A stretch of 64,000 nucleotides of DNA from NCBI RefSeq assembly GCF_009914755.1, contig NC_060932.1; one strand, 5' to 3'. A program made the position numbers and the translations under genes. The notes under the pieces were generated by a model. The model was not told the origin of the DNA and searched no databases. It saw nothing but the letters and a program-made list of their open reading frames with translations. Of this stretch, positions 13,811 to 28,412 are shown piece by piece. The stretch's first letter is position 1. The number at the start of each line of letters is the position of its first letter. Origin of the DNA: the human T2T-CHM13v2.0 reference genome, Homo sapiens.

Positions 13811-14779
13811 AGGACAAACACAGTTTTAAGAATTGTGCCTGCTAACCCCAAATGTGCTCACTTACCACCCTTTCGTGAATCTTGTCACTGCTGAAATTTC
13901 CCAACTGCCTTATATACATATGGATTGGTATTTCCTTTCTGAATGCATTTGATAACTTAACAGTCAACAAGAATTTCCATAAGGCTTCAGAGTTAAGAAA
14001 TTAGGCTTTTGAGAGGAAAGAAAGTGTCTGTCGTAAAGTTCTCCTTTAAAGTATGGCCATGGTCATGATGATTTATGTGATATTCATGTAGTAATCTGCT
14101 TGACTTTAAGTAGTCTATAAAGCTTCTTTACTTGTCTCTCCTAAAAACTCTTTCACGCACATTATCACATTTTATTCTTTAAAGAAACACATGAGGAAGA
14201 AAATTTGCAACAAAACAAACCTTGGGATTTTCTACTGTGTTTGTGGATTTTAATTTTCTCTTTTAATTTGTAAAACAGTGCTGAATCTGGTAAAAATCTG
14301 GTAAAAGTAAGAGAGGGAGTAAGAATATGCTTAGGGCAGAGGGAGAAGAAGAGAGATGGACATCAGCCCTGTGTAGATATTTGCATGAGAATTTGAATAT
14401 AGGGGAATTGGACCCCAGATTAATTCCTGATAATTATCAGAGTTTAGTAAATTAATGAATGAGAACCCAGGGGCAAATGGAGATTAAATATGGCTCAGTA
14501 AGCAAGAGGCAGGCTGATGGAACAGACAGAACTTTACAGAAACATACCTTAAAAACTGTGGCTCCAAAAAAAAAAATCTGTCTGCAGTGGCAGCTTACAC
14601 CAAGGGTCTCTGGGGACCCTTTAGGTGCACACATGCCAAGAGTGCCCTCTGTTGTCTACCAGCAATACTAAGAAGCTTCAGAAAACTCATCCCTGCTAGA
14701 ATATACACTTCTTTGCCCACAGAAGTTTTTCCATCTGGCAAAGGGTCTGATAGGGGTTATGCCCTAGAATGAGAGCTTA

Positions 14780-14960
14780 TTGAATCGACTGCAGAATATT
14801 AGAGTTTGGAGAGTCTTCAGTAGTCACCTGGTAACAGTCCTCCCATTATAGGTGGGGAGAGGGAGGCTCACTAAAGAGGAAGTGTCTCACTTAAGAAGAT
14901 ATTGAGTTAGAGGCAGACTCTTATCTTGAACCAAGGACTCCAAGTCTGGTGCCACATCCT
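14780..14960 (-). mobile_element. MIR fragment
   Basis: cccattataggtggggagagggaggctca...ttagaggcaga...ttgaaccaaggactcc. Confidence 0.5.
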
Positions 14961-15139
14961 ATGCAGCCTCCTAACCCTATTTTTGCCTCCTTCATTCTCT
15001 TTAAGAATGGATGGATGAAACAGAATAACAGACTCATGGAATGCTTGAATAGAAGAAACTCCGTATTTTGCTAATAGAAAATTGAAGTCTCTGACTTACC
15101 AGAAGTCCTTACCTTGAGTCACTTAAAAAAGGTAGATCC

Positions 15140-15490
<351 letters not shown>

Positions 15491-18400
15491 TTAAGGTAAG
15501 GTGAGGAGAAAGGGGTAACATGATCTCGTTTTTCCTTTATAAGATGAGGTTCTCTCCTCCACTTCCATGTGTACATACCCTACCCTCTCCTTCACTCTTT
15601 ATGCTTAGACTCATGGACTCAAGCCAGGCACTTAAACATGACCGTGTCATTGAACAGCCAGATGGGAATGCAGGCTGAAACCAACAGGAGATGCCCCAGA
15701 GCATGGGGATGAGGGACTGGTGGATGAGGAGCAGGGATGGTGGCTGTCATTCAGGGTGAGATGGCTGCAGGTGACTGGGTACCACTGCTGGGTTCAAGGT
15801 TGGGCCCAGGGAGATGCCATGTGGGACTCTTGCCCAAGATGAATATCAGAGCACTTCTCTGTGTTATTGTACAAAGTGGTGGTAGGGAAGCAAAATGCCC
15901 CAATTATATTTCCAAGCAATAACGTCCCATGCTTTGCAGGGACTGGGGGAGGTGGGTATTTCCTCAAGCGGCTGCTGCTCAGAACTGCCTCCACTGTGGG
16001 CTGCATCACACCTCGTGTCTGAATTCCTCAGCCCAGCTGACTGACACTTATTTCCTTATACTAAGCCTTAGGGCCAATGTCACTGTAGAATTGATTCTTT
16101 CTGAAGAGGATGGAAAGCGAAATGGGGAAGCCTAAGATCTCTGAGGGCTTATTGTTAAAGGCGCTTGGCTAGGTGTTTTCCTATGTGTTACTCCTTTTCA
16201 TCTTCACCTTTTTTCCCCATTAGGTAGTGCTATGATCCTGCATACTCAAATAATGAAACTGGCACTCATTGGGGTGAATTCCTTTGCCCCAAGTCCCACA
16301 GTTGCATTTGAAGGCAGAGAGCTCTTATCTGAAACCAGTCCTTCCAAAATGGAAGTCACCTTTTTCCTTCGAGTCAAGACAGGTGGAAGCTGGATGGCGA
16401 GCTGGCGTGGTCAGTCTCCCTGACCCCATCACAGAGTTCCTGCCTCCTACCCCTCTCCTCATCCCTGACTGTGGATCATCCATCCAGTCTGTGGACTGCT
16501 CTGGCTACCTTGATGGAGAATATTATGCTCCTCTGCTTCTAAACAGTATATCTGGGTTTTGATCTATGGTTTTATAAGTGTGCAGCTTTTTCCTCCAGTT
16601 CTTCTTTACCTGGCTGACATCTTGAGCCGGGCTCTCTTACTGTGTGGCAACTCCCCGCCGACCCCACCGCAGAGATTAGCTCAACTCCTGAGAATGAGGT
16701 CAGTTGGAATGCCGGGGGTGTGGCCCTGGACCATGAAGTTTAAGGGAAAGCCAGTCACTCTGTTGGACGGGCCTGATACACAGGACACATGCATCCAAAT
16801 GCCACTGTTGATGCTAGCTCAATGTCTTGAGTAAGAGACACTAATTCCCTATGCCTCCCACACCACCTATAGCATGGGCCTCATACTGCCTTTCAGACTT
16901 GTCCCAGGGCTAAGTAATATAATGGTTGCAAACTGCAAAGCACACACAGTAGGAGTTCAATAAGTAGGAGCACCCCCTTGGTGCTCCCTGGCAGACAGAG
17001 ACAATGCCTCAACTAATTGACAAAAACAGCCATTTTCCCTAGGTCACAAAAATGATCCATATCTATTTTCTCCATGTTTTATTTTCCACATGGATCTCTC
17101 TCGAGACATCTGTAACCAACAGAAATTAGATGCACAAATCCTTTTTGTTCCAGGGGGGCTTTGCAAACAGTTTACTCTCAAGCCAATCCCAGACCCTGGG
17201 TTTCTCATGTGGTCTTCAGACTACCCATATTACAATAGAAAACCCACTTGGGAAATTGGAGCTGACAAGTCTTGAGCTGGTTCCCCCGCTTATTTCCATC
17301 CCTGCACCATTTACTAAAAGTGATACAGGTGGGTGGAAATCAGGTGAGGCCTGCTTCTCAGAAGTAACTAAAGATGCCTGCACACCTCTGTGTGTCACTC
17401 GGCCTATTCTTCCCAGGACGGCAAATGCAGTCAGGTGTGGGGCCTGGGCTTGTAGGGATATCCAAATATTTTCTTGGGAAGTAATCTCAGTTTATTAGAG
17501 TTTCTTGTCTCAATTCAGAGTATAGATTTTTGAATGCGTTTGCTGACAGATTGACCTGGACTGTGTTTACCCCTTATTCAGGGAGCGATCGATCTTTATC
17601 AAAAGGATTTGTTGACTGACGGGCTTTCACGGTTCTAATGTGCTGTTTGATACTTTTAAAAGACATATGCCCCTTTGTATAATGAAATTATCTGATAAAA
17701 CAGGGAATGAAGCTCAGGTTTTCTGAAGCATCTTAGCTCTTGACTGCTTTGGTGACTGCCAGGGAATTTTGTTTGTATTTGCCTGTGATGGAAACCTTAC
17801 AACCTTAGCGAAATTGTTTTCGAATATTCAAGTTTCTAGACCATATACTGTGCTTCTAGGCCTAAGGGCCTGAACTAAACCAAGATTGTGTTTCCCTCAG
17901 GTAAGTACTTCCAGACACTCTATCCTCTCTGTCTTTACAACCCTCTTCTCCTCATTACTGTACTATGTAACACTAGATGCGCATTATAGTCCACATAAAA
18001 AGCCATTTCTGTAGCATCTTGTCATCGGTTCATGGACGCTGCTTTGAAGCCGTGTTGAGTTCTGAACTCAGAGCCTAACAGCAATGGCTCAAGTGCACCA
18101 CACCGTATTATTTACCCAGATGGGGTTAATTGTTAAATAAAAGAATGGGCCCTTTCAGTTTACTTTTTTTGCAATCTCTCTCACACTGATTATGGAAGAC
18201 AGGGAAGTCTATGATAAATATCAAACTTTCTAATCAGAAACGAGTCCAGTTGTATTTGAAATCTTGAACTTAATCCAGAATCAGGAAATGTAGCCACTTG
18301 TGTTACTGTTGCTGAAAGAAGAAAATGACCTTTTTATTGTAGCTTACATTCACTATTGTACTTGAGAGCTACAGGGAATGGAGCAAGTAAATGTAAAGCT

Positions 18401-18589
18401 TAAGTAGAGTTTTCCTTTTAACAGGAAGGGTACAGCTTGGTGTGCTGAAACCATCATCTTATATTTTCAAGGGATTTTTGCCTAGAGTGAAGCCTGCACT
18501 GAAACCTAAAAATTGTATTTTGCCTAAAACGTTTATAACAAAAACCTTTAAGGTTCTAATGTCAGTGTGGCTAAATGGCTGCTACTATT

Positions 18590-18970
18590 AGCTTTATTCA
18601 TTGACTGAGACATAATTTGCAAAGAGTAAATTTCACAGACCTTAAGTGTAGGGGTTTACAAATGTTTGTATATGTATATACATATGTAATACTCATGTAT
18701 GTAACTATACAGTTACATACAGTTACAGTGGTAACTGCCTAGAACAAGAACAGTTTAGTGCTCAGAAGGTTCTCTTAGGCGTCTCTCAGTCGGCGTCTCT
18801 CAGTCAAAGCCCTCAAAGGTAACCACTCTTCTAATTTCTGTCACCATAGGTCAGTTTTGTCTGTTTTTGAATTTTATGTCAATGGAATCATATTCTACAT
18901 ACTCTTTCCTGACTGGCTTCTTTTACTCAGAATGATGTTTTTGAGTTTTATCCCTGTTGTTGCGTGTATC
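18590..18970 (-). mobile_element. Old L1 (L1ME-like) 3' end
   Basis: gtaaccactcttctaatttctgtcaccatagg...gaattttatgtcaatggaatcata...ctggcttcttttactcag; 14-bp tandem ggcgtctctcagtc x2. Confidence 0.75.
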
Positions 18971-19514
18971 ATACCACCATCTTTTCAGATATCACACTAT
19001 TTTGTAGAATCATTGTTAAGTGCAGTAGATTTCCTGAAGAGAGGTGTTCAAGGCAACAGCAAAGTAAGGAGCAAAAGAGATTTTACTTCTTATACTCCAG
19101 TATTTCTTGTTGACCTTACTGTGGTAATATCATAAAGAGGTTCAGGGGATTTACAAATCTAATGCATAAAATATAAAAATACATTTATTTACATGTACAC
19201 ATACATGTACATATGCATATACAAAAATATATTCACATTTTCATGAAATATCATCCACAGACAAGTAATTTTCCACTAAAGTCAAATTCAGGACAAATCA
19301 GCAGATTTTACAGGACTACATGTGGAAAAAATCTCTCTCAGACCTAATCAAGATGAAAGGATCAAACATTAGGACTTGAGCTGCCCAGCCTTCTAAGGAG
19401 CATATACTGAATGAAATTTTGAAGTTACTCTGGGTACATTTATTGTGAGCTAGGCTGTTGCAAACTCTTTACCACTGTCTTATTACCCTGAGTTTCACAG
19501 GAATTGAAAAATTT

Positions 19515-19850
19515 GGCCTGGCGTAGTGACTCACACGTGTAATCCCAGCACTTTGGGAGGCTGAGGCCCGATGGATCACCTGAGGCCAGGAGTTCGAGAC
19601 CAGCCTGGCCAATATGGTGAGACGTGATCTCCTTTAAAAATACAAAAAAATAGCCAGGGATGGTGGTGTATGTCTGTAATCCGAGCTACTTGGGAGGCTA
19701 AGGCAGGAGAATCGCTTGAACTCGGGAGGTAGAGGTTGCCACAAGCCAAGATTGCGCTGCTGCACTCCAGCCTAGGCAACAGAGTGAGACTCTGTCTCAA
19801 AAAATAAATAAATAAATAAAATAAAAGGAAAAGAATAAAAAAAGGAAAAC
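19515..19850 (+). mobile_element. Alu, S family
   Basis: Full dimer with (AAAT)n-type tail. Confidence 0.93.
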
Positions 19851-19884
19851 TAGCATAGACTAGAGTTCCCATGAATTATTTCAA

Positions 19885-20990
19885 TCATTAACTCCTCAGA
19901 CATTTATTGATCCACTGGATAATTGTTCTAGTTACTGTGGATTTACCAGTAAACAAGGCAGATTAAGGTCCCTATTCTCGTGGAGTTTATATTCTAATTG
20001 GAAATACACAATAAAAAGTGAATGACTACATAAATTAGCAAATAACAATCACTTCAGGTGGTGATTATTGCTAAGAAGCCAATAAAAAAGGTTATGGATA
20101 AAAAGCAATGGTGGGATTGGGTCTATTTTGGGTGGGGTGCACAGGGGAGGCCGCTCTGAAGAGGTGAGATCTGAGCAGAAAATAGGGAGAAGGAGCTGAT
20201 CATGCAATGATCTAGGGGCAAGAGCATTCTGGACAACAAATAACAAGTGCTCAGGCCCAAGGCAGGAACTGGCTGATCTGGCTCAAGGGAGAGAAAGTAT
20301 GTCAGTGTAGCCAGAGCTTGGTGGAAGGAGGCAGTGGTGAAGGTTAGGTCAGGGAAGTAGGCAGCAATGTCCTGTTGATTCTGGTAGGGACACAGTATCT
20401 TTTAGTTTCAAATGCAATGGGAGATCATGGGGCGATTTGAAGCAAGGGTGATGACATGACCCGATTGATTCTGTTATTGAAAGTTTATTCTGGCTGCTCT
20501 GTGGAGAATGGATGGTAGCGTGGAGAAAAAAAAATGGAAATAGGAAGACCAGATTATCAAAAGATGACTTCAGCTTAGACTTGGATAGCAGCAGTGATAA
20601 GGAAAGAGATGAGGATGTAGAGTTCATTATTACTTTGGCAGGCAGTAAAGCCAACAGACTAACTAATCAATTGGATGTAGGGTATGAGAGACAGAATGGT
20701 TACCTTTTCAGTTGTTGGCCAAAGCAAGTGAGTAAAAGATGGGGCCATCAAATGCCATGGAGAAGACTGGAAGGGTAACAGTTTGGGAAGGAGATACCCC
20801 TAAGTTCCATTCTGGCTATGTTAAGGTTCAGATGCAGATCAGATTAACAAATGAAGGCGTTAAGGAAGCAGTGGATATAGTCATCTGGCAGTCAAGGGAG
20901 AAGTCAGATCTGGAGACAAACATTTTGGAGCCATCAATATAAAGTCAGTATGAAAAGCCATAGGATTGGATAGGTTGACTTAGGAAAAGC
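19885..20990 (-). mobile_element. L2 LINE
   Basis: cagacatttattga...gtccctattctcgtggagtttatattctaa...ggggcaagagcattctgga...tctggctgctctgtggagaatgga. Confidence 0.8.
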
Positions 20991-21084
20991 TTATGAAGGA
21001 CAAGACAGAGTCACAGGTATACTGGCTATATTGCCATCAATTTTGTCTTCATCATAATGAAAATCATCATTATCACTATTATTT

Positions 21085-22250
21085 TTTATTGAGCACAAAA
21101 TGTTCTGGGCAAAATTGTTCTAGGCTCAAGAGAAATATTAATAAAAAGAGGATTTCTTGCTATAAGGAGGAGAGGGGGAGGCAATAAAAACTTGGAATAA
21201 TAAATGCTATGATCATGGTTAACTCGGGGCAGTGGAAGCAACAGACTCTGCAGGCCAGCCAGGCTTTGATGAGGAGGTGACATTTGGACATTTGAATTGG
21301 ATATGTGGATCTAGAGCAGTGTGATCCATGGAGAAAGCCTTCCCAGGCAAAGGGGGGCATTTATTAAAGTGGTAGACACACAAGAGGCAGGAGAAATCTG
21401 GAAGCTGACAGTGGTTCTGAATGAAAGTGGTACAGGGAGTGGACATGGCAGGAGTGGAAGTTGAGAAGCATCTGGATCATCAAGACCTGTGAACATCATA
21501 CCGGGAAGATTGAAACTCTATCCTGAAAGGCAACAGGAGAGGGATACACGGTAGACCAAGAAGTCCTTCAGAACATGTCTTGAAGCTACAGAGGACGGTG
21601 TGATGACATTGGTGACTACTGTTTAGCTTCTCTAGACCTTAGTTTCCACATCTGTATCATGGGTAAAATAATAAATACATGGCAAAGTTGTTGTGAGTAT
21701 TGAAGATAGTAAGTGTAGAACATTTGTACCCAATGCAGAAAAAGTGACGGTGATTATTTCTGCTACTATAATTAACGGACATTTATAAAAGTTTCTTTTA
21801 TAGGGGAAGGATAATAAATCATTATATGAATGTGGATAAAAATGGTGAGCCCTTGGTGGTGGGGAGGGGAGGACAGAAGTGAGAGGGCTTGCTAACCGAC
21901 AGGCCAAGGGAGGAATGGGGGTAGGAAGGAAGGAAAGGGAGGAATCTCAAATGACTCTCAGGTTTCAGAACTTGGCAGCCGGGTAGGGTGGTAAAGTACT
22001 TTTTCGAAATTGGGAACATTGGGAAATAAGCATGTTTTGTGGAGAAGGGGATGAGTCCATTGTCAATGTATTATTTTGTAAGATCTGTGAAGCTTACTTT
22101 ATGGGTCTGGAGCTCAGCAGAAAAAATTGGGCTGGAGATACAGATATGTACAGCTCACACAGACAAGGGAGAGTGTATTGAGTGAGAAGACCAAAAAGAG
22201 GATTATAGACCCCTGGGGAACACTGAGATGTAGAGATGGAGCTGGAAGTG
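21085..22250 (-). mobile_element. L2 fragments with an embedded MIR piece (about 21630-21750)
   Basis: ttattgagcac...ggaggtgacatttggac...aatgactctcaggtttc...gggtctggagctcag; MIR cttagtttccacatctgta. Confidence 0.6.
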
Positions 22251-23277
22251 TTAGAGATGTAGATTGAGAAGAAGCGAGGCAGAGACATAGAGGGAGGTCC
22301 AGAAGGGCAGCTCTGAGGCAGGTTCCTCATCCCACTCACCCAAAGGGATGCTCACACACACTGGCCCTCCAAGCCCTTGCCTCTTCTTAGAGGAAGGAAG
22401 AGATATCTGCACCTTTGTGCTACATTCAAATATGATTGATTAAAGTTCATAGTAGGAAATGTTCCATCAGATTGGCAGAAATCAGAAAGAGGTTTGGCCT
22501 CTTCCAACCTCCCTTTTAGTGCCAGGACCTTTACTTCTGAACCCTACACGAGAAGGGTGTCGGCTGTTGAAAGCTGTTGGCTCTCCTGGGTCCCATTCAT
22601 ATAGGGCCAAGGGAACTGTAGTACTCAGAGCTGAAAGCAACCTCATGGATCATCTAATTGAATGCCCACCTCCCTTATATGAAAGGTCAGGACACCGAGC
22701 CTCAGAGAGGGCAAGATGTTCAAACAATTGATATTTTAACTGTAATTAAAATGCTTTCCCAAGATCTCTACTCAGCAATACTGCTGCTCTACCTTATTAG
22801 GTGGTAATGGCCTAAGGTGAAGGCCTGCGCTGGAGTTGGAGGTGACATCTCACTAGTACTCAAATCCTGCCAAACCCAAATCTAATGGTGGTAATCCAGA
22901 CTTCAGAATCAAAGAGTGGGTGAGAGACGAGGTCTGCCTCCAAACAAATACACTGTTCAAGCCAAAATTGGGAAATACCTCACAGAACAGGAAATACAAA
23001 GAGGATAATATGATTTTCCAAGATCATTTTTAGAGGAAAATCGCCCTGCAAAGGCTCTGGATGGGATGTTGAATAAGGAAAAGGAAAAACAACATGTGAT
23101 TTTTGTTGCTTCTGAGATCCAAATAATCAAAGGAGATTGTTCCATGAAGCATTGAAGACCTTTATATTGAATTATTGAGAAAAACCAGACTGGGAGGTGA
23201 TCCAAAAAGAGGTGATAGCCTAAATTAACTAATAGATTGGCATCATTATTTTTACTCTAGTCTGGAAATTAGTTCTT

Positions 23278-23828
23278 ATGGCAGAGAGGGTAGTTTTCTA
23301 CCCCACTCCTATTTTTGCTTTTCTCCTTAGAAGCAGAAGCCTGGTTTTTAGCAGGCTATATTCCCACATGGCCAAAAGAATCCATTTCCCAGGCTCCCAA
23401 TGGTATAATGGGTATAGAAATGTAGTACTATTAACAGGAAATACAGTGTTATTAACAGGAAAAGTATCCATTCTTTTCTTTTCTTTTTTTTTTTTTTTGA
23501 GACAGAGTCTCGTTCTGTCACCCAGACTGGTGTGCAGTGGCATGACCTCGGCTCACTGCAACCTCTGCCTCCCGGGTTCAAGCTTTTTTAAAAATTTTTC
23601 ATCTTTTTTCATCCAACTGCATCCAACATGGACATGGTGGCCCTAATTCTAGTAGCCATAATTCTAGTAGCCATCTTGGCCCATGAAAATGAGGGCCAAA
23701 GAGGAGATGCCCATATCAGCCCTGGACTTCTCCCTTCTGAACTTCTGTTACACAAGAGAGAAGTAAACTTCTATTAAGTTTCAGCCACATTGTTCTATTA
23801 ATGCATCTCAACTTAATCCTTACTGATA
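23278..23828 (+). mobile_element. MLT1-type MaLR solo LTR interrupted by an Alu fragment
   Basis: catttcccaggctccc...gtagccatcttggcccatga...agtaaacttcta...cagccac...cttactgata. Confidence 0.6.
23471..23583 (-). mobile_element. Alu 3' fragment (about 85 nt plus tail)
   Basis: Poly-T, gagacagagtctcg...cctcccgggttcaag then abrupt end. Confidence 0.9.
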
Positions 23829-24061
23829 AACTTGTTTTCTTTTGTTGGGTGTTCAACATGTATTACAGCAAAAGCCATCGATAATAGTAACTTAAAGAAT
23901 ATGATCAAAAAGTTAATTATGAGTTTGTTACATAAAAAGGAGTACCTTGTATTTGCAGAGTGATTTAAATTTCACAAAGCACTTCTTACCTTATTCTTAA
24001 AATATATCTTTACTTTCAAGCTGAATTATTTAAAATAGGACTTTTAAAAATTGCTAAAATA

Positions 24062-24377
<316 letters not shown>

Positions 24378-24386
24378 TAAAATATA

Positions 24387-24502
24387 GGCCAAGTGCAGTG
24401 GCTCATGCTTGTAATCCTAGCACTTTGGGAAACCAAGGTGAGGATCACTTGAAGCCAGGAGTTTGAGAATAGTCTGGGCAACATAACAAGACTCCATCTC
24501 TC

Positions 24503-24540
<38 letters not shown>

Positions 24541-24695
24541 GTTTAGTTTGGTGGCACACACCTGTAGTCCTACATACTTGAAAGGCTGATACAGGAGCGT
24601 CACTTAAGCCCAGGAGTTTGAACTGCAGTGAGCTATGATTGTGCCACTGCACTTCAGACTGGATGACAGAAGGAGACCCAATCTCTTAAAAAAAA
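24387..24695 (+). mobile_element. AluJ with expanded middle A-tract
   Basis: aggatcacttgaagccaggag, gagctatgattgtgcc (J-type); long central poly-A. Confidence 0.9.
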
Positions 24696-24844
24696 TTAGC
24701 TAAAATATATATTCATGTTACCATGGTGATTTCTAGCTTAACTATTTATTGTTTATGTCCTAGACAACAGTTCTTAATTTCTAACAGACTGGTTTTTTTT
24801 CATAAGTCAATCATGGATAATGATTTCTTATGTATATAGAATTA

Positions 24845-25205
<361 letters not shown>

Positions 25206-25214
25206 TTAACTCCC

Positions 25215-25385
25215 AAATTGCTGTGTGACCTCAAGCAAATTACGTTTCTGCACCTTGATTTTCTAGTTGTACAGTGGAGATCATAATGCATATGCCACTT
25301 GAGGATTTTGTGAAGTCATTGAAAAAATGCACACGAAGTATTTATCAGAGTCCCTGACACACTGTAAGGGCTGAAGAAGCATTAT
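25215..25385 (+). mobile_element. MIR SINE
   Basis: gctgtgtgacctcaagcaaattac...gatcataat...cagagtccctgacaca. Confidence 0.65.
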
Positions 25386-26307
25386 TGTTTTACCCAAAGT
25401 GTCTAGTAAAGAACCTTGATATATCAGGGTCACTCAACAGACTGCATTGGTCCTGCTGTACATCCTTTGCAACTTTTAGAAATCTCAGAAAAATTCGGAG
25501 ACTGGAGTAAGTTCAATGGTCCTGAGAAAGAAAGAGAGGCCCAAGGCCAGAATTAGAGGAGGAAACCTGGCTACCTGCCACAGCTGTCTTCTGGGGCATG
25601 GAGGAGGTCCTGGGTCCTGAGCCAGAAAAAGAACTGCACACTAGCTGACGACAGACCATTTTGCTCTGTACCCTTCGTGCTCCCCAGAGCATGCCAGAGT
25701 CACAGACTCAGACTATTTGGGATTGAGTCAGCCTCTAAGATCATTCAGAGAATAATAAAGACCCTGTGGGAGTCTCCAGGGTAAGTGCACCAGCCCTGAC
25801 AGGTGAACAAGGCAGATGGGGAAGGAAAGCACAGCCCCATGTGGACAGAAATGACACCATGAGAGTGAATGCAAGATGGGCTCCTGCAGGGGCAAGAAAC
25901 CCTCAGAGAAGCTCATGCACATAACCATGGAGGCAAGGAGCCTGGGGCATCTGCTGACTCCAGCAGTGAAACCAGATCAAGGAAATGCCAGGAATGTAGA
26001 CTGCATGCCCAGCACTAGAAAGAAGCTTGTGGGAAAGGGTCTATAGTGAGACTACAACAGCTATCCTGAATTCTCAGGGAGGATACTGTCTCGAAGCCCC
26101 ACGCCATCACTTACCAGTGGGGTGACCTTAAGTAAGTCACTGAGTGTATAAAATAGGCTTGCGCTCAACAGCAAGGCTTCTGGAACTGGGTTCAGGCCTG
26201 GATCCAATTCACTAGCTCTGTTTACATAACCAGCCAAAGCCTCCATCTTCTCATCCTTAACGTGGATATTGTAATGCCTGTACCTACCTTATAGTATTGC
26301 TCTGGGG

Positions 26308-26849
<542 letters not shown>

Positions 26850-26924
26850 CTAAATGAGATAATGTCCTTTATCACTGTGCCTGGCATCAGGGCTCAAAAA
26901 CTACTAGTGTTTCCATTAAACTTT

Positions 26925-27400
26925 AGTCTCAGTTTCCACATCTGTAAAATGATCGTAAAGATATAATAGTACCTAAAGTGAGGCCTGGCTGTTCACACCT
27001 GTAATCCCAGCACATCAGGAGGCTAAGGAGGGAAGACTGCTTGAGCCCATGCCAACACTCTTACAGCAAACCTATTGTCCTATTGTTGTTCAAGACCAGT
27101 CAGGGCAACATAGTGAGACCCTATCACTATAAAAAATAAAAAATTACCTGGGTGTGGTAGTGCATGCCTGTAGTCCCAGCTACTCGGGAGGCTGAGGTGG
27201 GAGATTGCTTGAACCTGGAAGGTTGAGGCTGCAGTGAGCCGTGTTAGCACCACTGTACTCCAACCTGGACAACAGAGCAAGACATTGTCTAAAAAAAAAA
27301 AAAAAAAGTAACTCATGAGGTTGTTGGGAAGATTAAATAAAATATCATGGGTGAGATGACTAGCACAGTGGTTGGCACTTTATAGGTGCTTAGTGAATGT
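26925..27400 (+). mobile_element. MIR split by the AluJ at 26981-27307
   Basis: ctcagtttccacatctgtaaaatg...aatagtacct before the Alu; ctcatgaggttgttgggaagattaaat...taggtgctt after it. Confidence 0.75.
26981..27307 (+). mobile_element. AluJ carrying a 38-nt non-Alu insertion
   Basis: gcttgagccca[27050-27087]gttcaagaccag; otherwise full dimer with poly-A. Confidence 0.9.
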
Positions 27401-27711
27401 GAGTTTCTTTTCTCCTTTATTTAAAGTTCTTTGGCACGAATGAAATCACTGTTTAATAATGCACAAGGCCATTGAGAATGTATAGTGAGATTCTTGGCAA
27501 GCAACTGGATTGTTCAGTAGTCACGTGCACATCTCTAATGCTGGCTTTGGCTGGGAAAAAAAAAAGTCTGCTTGAGCAAGCAAGAAAAAAAAATATTGGC
27601 AGTGATATGTGCACTACGAGAGTTCCACAAATATGCATTTGGCAGAAGCCTGATTGTCCAGACAGATCACAAACCACCAGGCAACGCACCTGCTAGACGA
27701 CAGGGAATGTT

Positions 27712-27765
27712 ATTACTGTTATAAAGATATGATTTATGATTACTGTTATAAAGATATGATTTATG
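27712..27765. repeat. Perfect 27-bp tandem duplication
   Basis: attactgttataaagatatgatttatg x2. Confidence 0.95.
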
Positions 27766-28412
27766 AGTAATCTATACCCCAGGCAAAGACTCTCTTATAG
27801 CAGACCTATTGTCCAGGCTAGTCATCATCTCTCCAACTGGGGAAATGACAGCACTGATGGAAGAGACAGCAGAGGAGGCCATGGAATTAAGCAAAACACT
27901 TGACCCTTTGGTCCACGGGAGGCTGAGCCCCAAGACAGGAAAAGACGCTGTGTTGTAGCTACTTATCCAGATGTTGCACAATGGCTGGTGTGGCAGAAGA
28001 AAACAGGACAACTGCAGGTGCGTTGGTCTCCAAAGGAGTGACTGTTTTAGCCTTCTAACAGATAGGGGAATTTTAAGCAATGTCTTGTCTGAAAGAAGTC
28101 AGAAAAAGAGAAAAGACATGATCAGAGATTGTCTCAGGAGGAGCAGCTTTGCTCATGTCCCCCAAATCATTCCCAATATCTACTCACTGCTTCTTGAAGT
28201 TCCAGCTAGAGACTGGATTCTTTCATTTAAAGATGCCCTCTCATGGGTAAACTGATACAAGATTTGATTCCAAGTGCAGCATTTGAGGAAAGGGGAAAGG
28301 CCAGAGTGCCTGGAGGGCAGTGACTGAAAAGAAAGGAGGAAGAAGATGAAGTCATATAGGTCCAGAGTCAGCAGATCAGGATGAGCATTTTGGTCATTGA
28401 AAGAACTTTGCC

